A stretch of DNA of 64,000 bases, from assembly GCA_963667785.2 (NCBI GenBank), contig CAXXMU010000005.1, positions 384,001 to 448,000 of the forward strand. Reading direction: 5' to 3'. This stretch comes from Alphaproteobacteria bacterium (GTDB lineage Bacteria; Pseudomonadota; Alphaproteobacteria; UBA828). Positions within the stretch are counted from its first letter, which is position 1. Each line of letters begins with the position of its first letter. The notes beneath the pieces are model-generated. The model saw nothing but the letters and a program-made list of their open reading frames with translations, made no database searches and was not told where the DNA came from. The translations under genes were made by a program, and so were the position numbers. Shown here one piece after another: positions 1-9,236 of this stretch.

Positions 1-555
1 GAGAGCCTCGCCATGGCCTACGCCGCGGCCGTGAACGAGGAGGTCAGGGACCTCTTCGCCGCCGGCGCCGACATCGTGCAGCTCGACGAGCCCTACGTGC
101 AGGCCCGGCCGGAGGCCGCGCGCGCCTATGCGGTGAAGGCGATCAACCGGGCTCTCGACGGCGTGGACGGCAAGACCGCGCTGCACCTCTGCTTCGGTTA
201 CGCGGCCGTGGTTCACGACAAGCCGTCGGGTTACTCCTTCCTGCCGGAGCTGGAGGCCGCAAGGGTCGATCAGATCTCCATCGAGGCGGCGCAGCCGGGC
301 CTCGACCCGGCGATCCTCGCCAACCTGCCGTCGAAGGAGATCCTCTACGGCGTGATCGACATGAGCGATCCCGCCGTCGAGCGGCCGGAGACGGTGGCGG
401 CCAGGCTGCGCCAGGCGCTCGGCGTCGTGCCGGCGGAGCGCCTCGTCGCCGCGCCGGACTGCGGCATGAAGTACCTCACGCGCGCCACCGCGTTCGGCAA
501 GCTCCGGGCGATGGTCGAGGGCGCCGCCATCGTCCGCCGCGAAGTCACGGGGTAA
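1..555 (+). CDS. Cobalamin-independent methionine synthase-family (MetE C-terminal/core-like) protein, 5' truncated by window edge
   Basis: QLDEP, HLCFG (H-x-C Zn ligands) and PDCG motifs; frame open from window start; TAA at 553-555. Confidence 0.8.
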   Translation, partial: ESLAMAYAAAVNEEVRDLFAAGADIVQLDEPYVQARPEAARAYAVKAINRALDGVDGKTALHLCFGYAAVVHDKPSGYSFLPELEAARVDQISIEAAQPGLDPAILANLPSKEILYGVIDMSDPAVERPETVAARLRQALGVVPAERLVAAPDCGMKYLTRATAFGKLRAMVEGAAIVRREVTG

Positions 556-700
556 GCGAGCCAGTCTTTGACGGGCTCGCGACAGGCCGCGACTGCGGCT
601 CGCCGCTTATGCGGCGCCCTCGCGGAGGCGCCGGCCGGAGGCCGGCTGCCGTGAGCGACAAAGAGCCGGGGCATTTCCGTGCATTAAGAAGACGCTTGAG
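555..700 (+). repeat. Dispersed structured intergenic repeat, copy 1 (MITE/REP-like)
   Basis: Shares CGCCGCTTATGCGGCGC (601-617) and GGCCGGCTGCCGTGAGCGA (640-658) exactly with copies at ~12.6 kb and ~29.5 kb. Confidence 0.85.
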
Positions 701-709
701 CAATCGCGC

Positions 710-1969
710 TCAGGCGCCCTCTTGCGCGGCGTCCTCGTCGCGGGTGGCGAGCTCCACCATGGCGTTGAGCAGCACGTCGCAACCGGCGGCGATGTCCGCC
801 TGGGTGGCGGATTCGATCTCGTTGTGGCTGATCCCGTCCTCGCAGGGAATGAAGATCATGCCGGTCGGCGCCACGCGGGAGACGTAGACCGCGTCGTGGC
901 CCGCGCCGGAGGTGATCGGCCGGCTCGCGTAGCCGAGGGATTCCGCCGCGTTCTGCACGGCGCCCACGCAATCGGCGGCGAACTTCACCGGCGGCGAGTG
1001 CCAGATCTCCTCGAGGGTGATCTCCAGCCCGCGCGCGGCGGCGAGCGCATCGGCCCGGCGATTGGCCTCTGCGGTCATCGCCTTGAGCGTGTCTGCATCC
1101 GGGTGGCGCAGGTCGACCGAGAAGTAGACCGAGCCGGGGATGACGTTCCGCGAGTTGGGGCTCACCCGCATGACGCCCACGGTGGAGCGGGCGTCGGGGG
1201 CGTTCTCCAGGGCGAGGCCGTCGATCTCAGCGACCAGAAGCGCGGCACCCACCAGCGCGTCGCGGCGGCGCTCCATGGGCGTGGTGCCGGCGTGGGACTC
1301 CATGCCGGTGACGGTCGCGTCGAACCAGCTGATGCCCTGGACCCCCTGCACGATGCCGATGGTCTTCTCCTCGGCCTCGAGGATCGGCCCCTGCTCGATA
1401 TGGGCTTCGAAGAAGGCGCCGACCTCGCGCCCGCCGCACTCCATCTCGCCGGCATAGCCGATGCGCTCCAGCTCCTCGCCGATGGTCTTGCCGTCGACGT
1501 CGGCGCACGCCAGCCCCTCTTCCAGGGTGAAGACGCCGCCGAAGACGCCCGAGGCCACCATGGCCGGCGCGAAGCGCGAGCCCTCCTCGTTGGTCCAGGC
1601 CGAGACCTCGATGGGCGCGTCGGTCTCGTAGCCGAGGTCGTTGAGGGTGCGGATCACCTCGAGGCCGGCGAGCACGCCGTAGATGCCGTCGAATTTGCCG
1701 CCCGTCGGCTGGCTGTCGATGTGGCTGCCGGTCATCACCGGCGGCAGCGTGTCGTCCCGGCCGGCGCGGCGGGCAAAGATGTTGCCCATCCTGTCGACGC
1801 TGACGGTGCAGCCCGCCTCCTCGCACCAGCGAACGAAGAGGTCGCGGGCCGCCTTGTCCACGTCGGTGAGCGCGAGGCGGCAGACGCCGCCCTTCTCCGT
1901 CGCACCGATCTTCGCCATCTCCATCAGGCTCGCCCACAGGCGATCGCCATCCACCTTGAAGTTCCGCAC
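710..1969 (-). CDS. M20-family Zn-dependent hydrolase (N-carbamoyl-L-amino acid hydrolase / beta-ureidopropionase type)
   Basis: GSHIDSQPTGGKFDG, NEEGSRF, EAHIEQGP, HAGTTPM and GAGHDA motifs. Confidence 0.9.
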   Translation of the reverse strand: MRNFKVDGDRLWASLMEMAKIGATEKGGVCRLALTDVDKAARDLFVRWCEEAGCTVSVDRMGNIFARRAGRDDTLPPVMTGSHIDSQPTGGKFDGIYGVLAGLEVIRTLNDLGYETDAPIEVSAWTNEEGSRFAPAMVASGVFGGVFTLEEGLACADVDGKTIGEELERIGYAGEMECGGREVGAFFEAHIEQGPILEAEEKTIGIVQGVQGISWFDATVTGMESHAGTTPMERRRDALVGAALLVAEIDGLALENAPDARSTVGVMRVSPNSRNVIPGSVYFSVDLRHPDADTLKAMTAEANRRADALAAARGLEITLEEIWHSPPVKFAADCVGAVQNAAESLGYASRPITSGAGHDAVYVSRVAPTGMIFIPCEDGISHNEIESATQADIAAGCDVLLNAMVELATRDEDAAQEGA

Positions 1970-2052
1970 CGTCCCGCTCCATCGCTGTCATCGACCCGCA
2001 AAGCGCGCATTATAGAGTGCCGCAACGATCGCGGGAGACGCCAACAGTGCCG

Positions 2053-2567
2053 ATGGCCGCGGCGAGGGCCGCCCCGATCCTGCCCGACGTGCTGGGCCCC
2101 GGCCTGCGCGTCGTCTTCTGCGGCTCGGCGGCAGGCGCGGCATCGGCGCGGGCCGGCGCCTACTACGCCGGGCCCGGCAACCGCTTCTGGCCGACGCTCC
2201 ACCGCGTCGGCCTCACGCCCCGCCTGCTCGCGCCCGCCGAATTCCGCTCGGTGCTGGACTATCGCCTCGGGCTGACCGACCTTTGCAAGACGGAATCCGG
2301 GGCGGATTCCGCTCTCTCGGGGCAGGGCCGACGATGCCGCCGCGCTCGCCGAGAAGATCGCCCGCCACGAGCCCGCCATCCTCGCCTTCAACGGCAAGCG
2401 CGCGGCACGCGCCTTTCTGGATGCCGGGACACTGGACTACGGTGCGCGGCGCGAGCGCATCGGCGGGACCGCAATCCACGTGCTGCCCTCCACCTCGGGC
2501 GCGGCGCGGCGCCTGGTGGGACGAGACCTTCTGGCGCAGAGTGGCGCAAGCCGCGCATCGGGCCTGA
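2053..2567 (+). pseudogene. mug: Mismatch-specific uracil-DNA glycosylase (Mug/TDG family) split by two +1 frameshifts (pseudogene or sequencing error)
   Basis: Frame 1: LPDVLGPGLRVVFCG..YYAGPGNRFW..LTDLCK. Frame 2 from ~2325: ADDAAALAEKIARHEPAILAFNGKRA..VLPSTSGAARR. Frame 3 from ~2512: WWDETFWRRVA..TGA 2567. Confidence 0.75.
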
Positions 2568-2578
2568 GGGAGAGAGCC

Positions 2579-4261
2579 ATGGCGATCAGCAGCGAGACCA
2601 TCAGGCGGCTGAACGAGGAGTGCCAGCGCATTCCGCTGCCAGACGAGCGACTGGCCGAGCTGCCGGTCGAGCTCGGCCAGCTCCACGCAGCGGTGGAAGC
2701 CGCGCGCCCCGCTCACGACTTCGATCGCGAGCCGTCCGCCTTCGAGCAACGACTGCACGCGCTCGCCGCCGGCGGCGACGACGGGGCCACGGCAGCGGAC
2801 GGCGCGGGCGCGGGCGGACGCACCGGCGCGGGCGGAAGCGCCGACGAGATCGCGGCGCTCAGCCTCTGCGAGGCGGCAGATGCGGTGGCGGCGGGCGCGC
2901 TCAGCGCCACCGCACTGGTGGAGGCGGCGCTCGACCGCATCGACCGGCTGGACGCAGAGCTCCACGCCTTCATCCGCCTCGACCGCGAGGATGCCCTCGC
3001 CCGCGCCGGCGAGATCGACCGCGCGCGCGGCCGGGGCGCGGCGGCAGGCCCGCTCGCCGGCGTGCCGATGGCCCACAAGGACATGTACTACCGGGCCGGC
3101 GCCGTCTCCACCTGCGGCGCCCGGATCCGCCGGGAATTCCGCCCGGCCGCGACGGCGACCGCACTTGCGCGCCTCGATGCGGCCGGCGCCATCGACCTCG
3201 GCGGGCTCGCCATGGTCGAGTTCGCCATGGGCCCCCACGGCTTCAACGCCCACCTGCCGCGCTGCCGCAACGTCTGGGACTTCGAGCGCATCCCCTGCGG
3301 CTCCTCGTCGGGCTCCGGCACGGCGGTCGCGGGCCGCCTCGTCCATGCCGCGCTCGGCTCCGACACCGGCGGCTCGATTCGCTGCCCGGCGGCCGCCAAC
3401 GGCGTGGTCGGCATCAACGCGACGCGGGGGCGCGTGAGCCGCTACGGCGCCATGCCGATGTCGTGGTCGCTCGACGTGGTGGGCCCGCTGGCGCGGACGG
3501 TGCAGGACTGCGCCCGCGTGCTCGGCGTCATCGCAGGCCTGGACGAGAACGACGCGACCACCAGCGCCGAGCCCGTGCCCGACTACGAGGCGACGCTGGA
3601 GCGGAGCGTGAAGGGCGTGCGCATCGGCATCCCTCGCGGCTACTTCGACGAGGACCTCGACGCGGGCGTGGCCGCCGCCATCGAGGCGAGCCATGCGGTC
3701 TTCGCCGGCCTCGGCGCGACGCTGGTGCCGGTCGCCATGCCGGCCCTGCTGGAGACGGTCTCCGCGATCCACCCGCTGGTGATGAAGGCCGAGGGCGCGG
3801 CCAACCACCTGCCCTGGAAGCGCGCGCGCGACGAGGACTATTCCGACGAGGTGGGCAAGCGCCTGCAGGCGGGCTTCTCCATCCCTGCGACCGACTACAT
3901 CAACGCCCTGCAGTACCGCGCGCATGCGCTCCGGGTCTTTGCCGATGCGGTGTTCCCGCACTGCGACGCGCTGCTGACGCCGGTGCTGCCGATGCCGACG
4001 CCGACGCTGGCGGACACCGCCTATCGCGACGGGCCCGCCTACCTGAAGATGGTCGTGGCGCTCACGCGCAACACCCGTGTGGTGAATTATCTTGGCCTGC
4101 CGGCGTTGAGCGTGACCTGCGGCTTCACGGCCTGTGGCATGCCGACCTCCTTCCAGCTCATCGGCCGGCCCTTCGCCGAAGCGCTGCTCTTCCGCCTCGG
4201 CCACCAGTACCAGCGCGAGACCGACTGGCACCGGCGTGTGCCTGCGGCGCTGCCCGGCTGA
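2579..4261 (+). CDS. Amidase-signature (GatA/AtzE-like) amidase with N-terminal ~65-aa extra domain and Gly/Ala linker
   Basis: AHKD, GSSSGS and GSDTGGSIRCPA (Lys-cisSer-Ser triad); RBS GGGAGAG before ATG 2579. Confidence 0.88.
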   Translation: MAISSETIRRLNEECQRIPLPDERLAELPVELGQLHAAVEAARPAHDFDREPSAFEQRLHALAAGGDDGATAADGAGAGGRTGAGGSADEIAALSLCEAADAVAAGALSATALVEAALDRIDRLDAELHAFIRLDREDALARAGEIDRARGRGAAAGPLAGVPMAHKDMYYRAGAVSTCGARIRREFRPAATATALARLDAAGAIDLGGLAMVEFAMGPHGFNAHLPRCRNVWDFERIPCGSSSGSGTAVAGRLVHAALGSDTGGSIRCPAAANGVVGINATRGRVSRYGAMPMSWSLDVVGPLARTVQDCARVLGVIAGLDENDATTSAEPVPDYEATLERSVKGVRIGIPRGYFDEDLDAGVAAAIEASHAVFAGLGATLVPVAMPALLETVSAIHPLVMKAEGAANHLPWKRARDEDYSDEVGKRLQAGFSIPATDYINALQYRAHALRVFADAVFPHCDALLTPVLPMPTPTLADTAYRDGPAYLKMVVALTRNTRVVNYLGLPALSVTCGFTACGMPTSFQLIGRPFAEALLFRLGHQYQRETDWHRRVPAALPG

Positions 4262-4292
4262 GGGTCGGGCGCCCGGGCGCGGCCGAGGTCGG

Positions 4293-5165
4293 ATGCGACG
4301 GCGCGCGATCGACCGGGCCGGATGGGGGCGCACGGCGCTCTGCGCCGTCGTCGGCTTCGTCTACTTCCTGCCGGTGCTCTGGATCGTGCTCACCGCGTTC
4401 AAGAGCCCGCGCGACATCCTCACCTCGACGCTCGTCTTCACGCCGACCCTCGACAACTTCGCCAACATCTTCACGCGCGTGCACTACGAGGGCGCGGACG
4501 CGATCGACACCGGCTTCGACCTCTACTTCGTCAACAGCATCGTGATCTCGGGCGCGAGCGTGGGGCTCGCGCTGATCCTCGGCACGGCGGCGGCCTACGG
4601 CTTCTCGCGCTGGCCGCTCAGGGGCAACGACAGCTACCTGCTCGCCGTTCTCACCGCGCGGATGCTGCCGCCCATCGTCCTCATCATCCCGCTCTTCGTG
4701 ATCTTCCGCATGACCGGGCTCTCCGGCAGCTATCTCGGCATCATCCTGCTCTACACCGCGTTCAATCTGCCGTTCGCCATCTGGATGATGAAGAGCTTCT
4801 TCGACGACCTGCCGCGCGAGGCGGAGGATGCCGCACGGACCGAGGGCAGCTCCGAATGGCGGGTCTTCTTCCGCATCTGCCTGCCTCAGGTGAAGGCGGG
4901 GTTGGCTGCCACCGCGACGCTCGGCCTCATCCTCACCTGGAACGAGTTCCTGATGGCGCTGCTGCTCACGGGGCCCGAAACGCGGACCGTGCCGGTCGGC
5001 ATGGGCGGCAGCCTCGGCAGCGGCATCGGCGTGGACTGGGGCCGGCTGGCGGCGATCGAGACGCTCTTCCTGATCCCGGTGGTGGTGGTGACCTTCGTGC
5101 TCCAGAACCAGCTCCTGCGGGGGGTGACCTTCGGCACCATCACCCGCGGCCGCGTGCGGCGATAG
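4293..5165 (+). CDS. Carbohydrate ABC transporter permease (MalG-like), no partner genes adjacent
   Basis: Hydrophobic helices; FFDDLPREAEDAARTEG (EAA loop), WNEF. Confidence 0.85.
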   Translation: MRRRAIDRAGWGRTALCAVVGFVYFLPVLWIVLTAFKSPRDILTSTLVFTPTLDNFANIFTRVHYEGADAIDTGFDLYFVNSIVISGASVGLALILGTAAAYGFSRWPLRGNDSYLLAVLTARMLPPIVLIIPLFVIFRMTGLSGSYLGIILLYTAFNLPFAIWMMKSFFDDLPREAEDAARTEGSSEWRVFFRICLPQVKAGLAATATLGLILTWNEFLMALLLTGPETRTVPVGMGGSLGSGIGVDWGRLAAIETLFLIPVVVVTFVLQNQLLRGVTFGTITRGRVRR

Positions 5166-5206
5166 GGCGCAGCCCGGCGTACCCGTCTACGCCATGCGCC
5201 GAAGCC

Positions 5207-6076
5207 TCAGGGCTGCCGGGCGCAGTGCTGGTAGGTCTCGGGCCGGCGGTCGCGGAAGAACTGCCACGTGTCGCGGACCTCGCGGATCTGGTCGAGGTCG
5301 AGCGTGGCGACCACCAGCTCGTCGTCCTCGTCGCCGCCCTGCGCCAGGATCTCGCCGCGCGGGTTGCAGAAGTAGCTGGAGCCGTAGAACACGTGGTTGC
5401 CGAGGCTGGGCTCGGTGCCGACCCGGTTGTTGGTGCCGATGAAGATGCCGTTGGCGATGGCCGCGCCCACCTGCTCGAGGTTCCAGATGTGGTCGCTGAC
5501 GCCACGGAAGGTCGCCGACGGGTTGAACACCAGCTCCGCGCCCGCGAGCGCGAGCGCGCGCCAGCCCTCGGGGAAGTGCCGGTCGTAGCAGATGTAGACG
5601 CCCACCTTGCCGACCGCGGTGTCGAACACCGGGTAGCCGAGATCGCCGTCGGCGAAGTAGTGCTTCTCGTCGAAGCCGTCGATCTTGGGGATGTGGATCT
5701 TGCGGAACTTGCCGAGATAACTGCCGTCCGCGTCGATCACGGCGGCGGTGTTGTAGAGCGTGCCGCTGCGGTCGCGCTCGTAGACCGGCGAGACGATAAC
5801 CATGCCGTGTTTGGCCGCCGCCTCGCACATCGCCCGGGTGGTAGGCCCGTCCGGCACCGCTTCCGCCGCCTCGAACCACCTGTCGTCGATGGTGGCGGGG
5901 AAGTAGGGCGCGCTGAAGACCTCCTGCAGGCCGAGCACCTGCACGCCCTGCCGCGCCGCGTCCTCGATCAGCGGCATGTGGGCGGCGATCATGCTGTCCC
6001 GGATCGCCTCGATGGAGTCCGTGGCGGGGTCGCCCTTCAGGTTCATCTGAATGAGCGCCGCCTTCACGTTGCGCAT
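5207..6076 (-). CDS. Nitrilase-superfamily carbon-nitrogen hydrolase (beta-ureidopropionase / N-carbamoylputrescine amidase-like), paralog 2
   Basis: E-K-C triad QEVF, RKIHIP, ICYDRHF; ends FFRDRRPETY; GGAGG RBS before ATG 6076. Confidence 0.88.
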   Translation of the reverse strand: MRNVKAALIQMNLKGDPATDSIEAIRDSMIAAHMPLIEDAARQGVQVLGLQEVFSAPYFPATIDDRWFEAAEAVPDGPTTRAMCEAAAKHGMVIVSPVYERDRSGTLYNTAAVIDADGSYLGKFRKIHIPKIDGFDEKHYFADGDLGYPVFDTAVGKVGVYICYDRHFPEGWRALALAGAELVFNPSATFRGVSDHIWNLEQVGAAIANGIFIGTNNRVGTEPSLGNHVFYGSSYFCNPRGEILAQGGDEDDELVVATLDLDQIREVRDTWQFFRDRRPETYQHCARQP

Positions 6077-6102
6077 GTCGGGGCCTCCTCTCCGCCGCCC
6101 GC

Positions 6103-6975
6103 TCAGACCTGCCAGGACGCGACGGCGCCGTAGGTGTCGGGCCGGCGGTCGCGATAGAAGTTCCACGCGTCCCGCACCTCGCCGATCATGGCGATGTCGA
6201 GCTCGGCGGTGACCAGCTCGTCCTCCCGATCGCCGCCCTGCGCCAGGATCTCGCCGCGCGGATTGACGAAGTAGCTGGAGCCGTAGAAGTGGCCGTTGTT
6301 CCACGGCGGCTCCATGCCGACGCGGTTGTTGGCGCCGATATAGACGATGTTCGCGACCGCGGCAGCCGGCTGCTCCAGGGTCCAGAGATGGTCGCTCAAG
6401 CCCCGCACGGTCGCCGACGGGTTGAAGATCACCTCCGCGCCGTTCATGGCGAGCTCGCGCCAGCCTTCCGGGAAGTGCCGGTCGTAGCAGATGTAGACGC
6501 CGACCTTGCAGAAGGCCGTCTCGAAGACCGGATAGCCGATGTCGCCGGGCTTGAAGTAGTACTTCTCGCAGAAGCCCACCACGTGGGGGATGTGGACCTT
6601 GCGGAACTTGCCGAGATAGCGCCCGTCCGCGTCGATCACGGCAGCCGTGTTGTAGTAGACGCCGGCCTGCGCCTCCTCGTAGACCGGCACCACCAGCGCC
6701 ATGCCGAGGCGCGCGGCCTCGGCCCGCATCCGCTGCACCGTCGGCCCGTCGGGCACCCGCTCGGCGGCGCGGTACCACTTGTTGTCCTGCTCGGCGCCGA
6801 TATAGGGCAGGTTGAAGAGCTCCTGCAGGCCGAGCACCTGCACGCCCGACTGCGCCGCCTGCTCGATGAGGGGCAGGTGGGCCGCGACCATCTTCTCGCC
6901 GATCTGCTCGGGCGTGTCGCGCTCCACGTCGCCCTTGAGGCTCATCTGGATGAGCCCGGCCTTCACCACCGCCAT
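6103..6975 (-). CDS. Nitrilase-superfamily carbon-nitrogen hydrolase (beta-ureidopropionase-like), paralog 1
   Basis: QELF, RKVHIP, EKYYFKPG, ICYDRHF and FYRDRRPDTY motifs. Confidence 0.88.
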   Translation of the reverse strand: MAVVKAGLIQMSLKGDVERDTPEQIGEKMVAAHLPLIEQAAQSGVQVLGLQELFNLPYIGAEQDNKWYRAAERVPDGPTVQRMRAEAARLGMALVVPVYEEAQAGVYYNTAAVIDADGRYLGKFRKVHIPHVVGFCEKYYFKPGDIGYPVFETAFCKVGVYICYDRHFPEGWRELAMNGAEVIFNPSATVRGLSDHLWTLEQPAAAVANIVYIGANNRVGMEPPWNNGHFYGSSYFVNPRGEILAQGGDREDELVTAELDIAMIGEVRDAWNFYRDRRPDTYGAVASWQV

Positions 6976-7151
6976 CGCCGCCCCTCCCGTGGCTGCCAAG
7001 GCCGGCAGCCTAGCCCGGAATTCTCACCAAAGTCATGGCCCGCGCGCCCCTGGCGCGACGTCCGCCATTCCGAAACTCCCTGCGTCTCGCTCACGACCGT
7101 CTTGAAATGTTCCCCGTTTGTGACACATTAGAGCGAGAGAGGAGAGAACCC

Positions 7152-7409
7152 ATGGCCAAGACCGAAATGATCCGTGCCCGCGTCGAACCCGCCCTCAAGC
7201 ACGAGGCCGAAGCGGTGTTCTCCCAGCTCGGGCTGTCGACGACCGAGGCGATCACGTTGTTCTACAGGCAGGTGACGCTGCATCGCGGCCTGCCCTTCGC
7301 GGTGAGGCTTCCCAACGCCGAGACGCGCGACGCGCTGAGGCAGGCTCACGAGAACGAGAACCTCACCGAGTACGACGGTGTGGAGGACCTGAAGGCCGCG
7401 CACAGTTGA
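7152..7409 (+). CDS. dinJ: Type II antitoxin, RelB/DinJ family
   Basis: MAKTEMIRARVEPALKHEAEAVF..GLSTTEAITLF..GLPFAVRLPNAET; GAGGAG RBS. Confidence 0.88.
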   Translation: MAKTEMIRARVEPALKHEAEAVFSQLGLSTTEAITLFYRQVTLHRGLPFAVRLPNAETRDALRQAHENENLTEYDGVEDLKAAHS

Positions 7410-7412
7410 TCC

Positions 7413-7679
7413 ATGCGGCTGCTCACGACGCGACGTTTTGAACGAGACCTAAGGCGATCGAAAAGGCGGGGCAAGAACCTCGACAGGCTGTGGACCGTCG
7501 TCGAGCGGCTGCTGCAGGATCAGCCGCTCGATCCTCGTCACAGAGTCCATCGCTTGTCAGGCGATCGGTCCGGCTCCTGGGAGTGCCACATCGAAGCTGA
7601 CTGGCTCCTGATCTGGCACCGCCGCGACGACGCCCTGGTGCTCGTGAGAACCGGCACTCATTCCGACCTGTTCGGCTGA
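7413..7679 (+). CDS. yafQ: Type II toxin, YafQ/RelE-family mRNA interferase
   Basis: HRLSG..WECHIEADWLLIW..RTGTHSDLF C-terminal signature; 3 bp after the antitoxin. Confidence 0.9.
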   Translation: MRLLTTRRFERDLRRSKRRGKNLDRLWTVVERLLQDQPLDPRHRVHRLSGDRSGSWECHIEADWLLIWHRRDDALVLVRTGTHSDLFG

Positions 7680-7700
7680 TCGGCCACAGTCGCCGGCGCG

Positions 7701-9200
7701 CTACGACATCATCGGGAATGAGAGGTCCACGCCCGCGCGGATCCCGGTGGGCCAGCGCGAGGTCACGGTCTTGAGCTTGGTGTAGAAGCGCACCCCCTCC
7801 ATGCCGTGCATGGCGTGGTCGCCGAAGAGCGAGCGCTTCCAGCCGCCGAAGCTGTGATAGGCGACCGGCACCGGGATCGGCACGTTGACGCCCACCATGC
7901 CGATCTCGACCTGGTTGGCGAACTCGCGGGCGGCATCGCCGTCGCGGGTGAAGATCGCCACCCCGTTGCCGAACTCGTGCTCGTTGACCATGCGGACGGC
8001 GGCCTCGTAGTCGGGCGCGCGCACCACGGAGAGCACCGGCCCGAAGATCTCCTCCTGGTAGATGCGCATATCGGGCGTGACCCGGTCGAACAGACAGGGG
8101 CCGATGAAATAGCCGTTCTCGTAGCCCTGCAGCGCGGGGTCGCGCCCGTCGATGACGAGCTCCGCCCCTTCCTCGACGCCGAGGTCGACATAGCCCCGCA
8201 CCTTGTCGAAGTGCGCCTTCGTCACCAGCGGCCCCATGTCGGCGTCCGCATCGGTGCCGGGCCCCACCTTGATGCTCTCGATCTTGGGCTTGAGGTCCTC
8301 GATCAGCGCATCGCCTACCTTGTCGCCGATGGCGACCGCGACCGAGACGGCCATGCAGCGCTCGCCGGCGGAGCCATAGGCCGCGCCGATGAGCGCATCG
8401 CCCGCCATCGCGAGGTCGGCATCGGGCATGACGACCGCGTGGTTCTTGGCCCCGCCCAGCGCCTGCACCCGCTTACCGTGGGCGCAGCCGGTCTGGTAGA
8501 CGTATTCGGCGATGGGCGTCGAGCCGACGAAGCTCACCGCGGCGATGTCCGGGTGCGCGAGGATCGCGTCCACCGCCTCCTTGTCGCCGTGGACGACGTT
8601 GAATACGCCGTCGGGGCAGCCGGCTTCCTTCAGCCATTCGGCCATCATCATCGCGGCAGACGGGTCCTTCTCCGAGGGCTTGAGGATGAACGCGTTGCCG
8701 CAGGCAATGGCCACCGGGAACATCCACATCGGCACCATGGCCGGGAAGTTGAAAGGGGTGATGCCGGCGACCACGCCGAGCGGCTGGCGGCTGGAGAAGC
8801 TGTCCACGCCGGTGCCGACGGCCTCGGTGAAGTCGCCCCGCAGCAGGTGCGGGATGCCGCAGGCGAACTCCAGCACCTCGATGCCGCGGGTCACCGAGCC
8901 GATCGCGTCGGACAGCACCTTGCCGTGCTCCCGCGTGATGACCCGGGCGAGCTCCTCCTTGCGGCTCTCCACCAGCTCCTTGAAGGCGAAGATCACCCGC
9001 GCCCTGCGGAGCGGCGGGGTGGCCGCCCAGGCAGGCGCGGCCTCGGCCGCGGCGCGCACGGCGTCGTCGACCTCGGCGACGCTGGCAAACGGCACGCGCG
9101 CGACCACCTCGCCGGCGGACGGGTCGTAGACATCGCCGAAACGCGACGACGCGCCGGGCCGGGCAGCGCCGTTGATCCAGTGGCTGAGGGTGTCGGTCAT
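7701..9200 (-). CDS. mmsA: CoA-acylating (methyl)malonate-semialdehyde dehydrogenase
   Basis: ITPFNFPAMVPMW, FVGSTPIA, GSAGERCMA, EEIFGP and VNVPIPVP motifs. Confidence 0.93.
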   Translation of the reverse strand: MTDTLSHWINGAARPGASSRFGDVYDPSAGEVVARVPFASVAEVDDAVRAAAEAAPAWAATPPLRRARVIFAFKELVESRKEELARVITREHGKVLSDAIGSVTRGIEVLEFACGIPHLLRGDFTEAVGTGVDSFSSRQPLGVVAGITPFNFPAMVPMWMFPVAIACGNAFILKPSEKDPSAAMMMAEWLKEAGCPDGVFNVVHGDKEAVDAILAHPDIAAVSFVGSTPIAEYVYQTGCAHGKRVQALGGAKNHAVVMPDADLAMAGDALIGAAYGSAGERCMAVSVAVAIGDKVGDALIEDLKPKIESIKVGPGTDADADMGPLVTKAHFDKVRGYVDLGVEEGAELVIDGRDPALQGYENGYFIGPCLFDRVTPDMRIYQEEIFGPVLSVVRAPDYEAAVRMVNEHEFGNGVAIFTRDGDAAREFANQVEIGMVGVNVPIPVPVAYHSFGGWKRSLFGDHAMHGMEGVRFYTKLKTVTSRWPTGIRAGVDLSFPMMS

Positions 9201-9236
9201 AGCGGTCCCCCGTTCTTCGTCGGTTCGTGGAGCCGG

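Noticed and set aside
2017-4545. 842-aa ORF suggesting a Mug fusion protein
   Set aside because: Only the first ~100 codons are Mug-like; the rest is out-of-frame read-through after the frameshift
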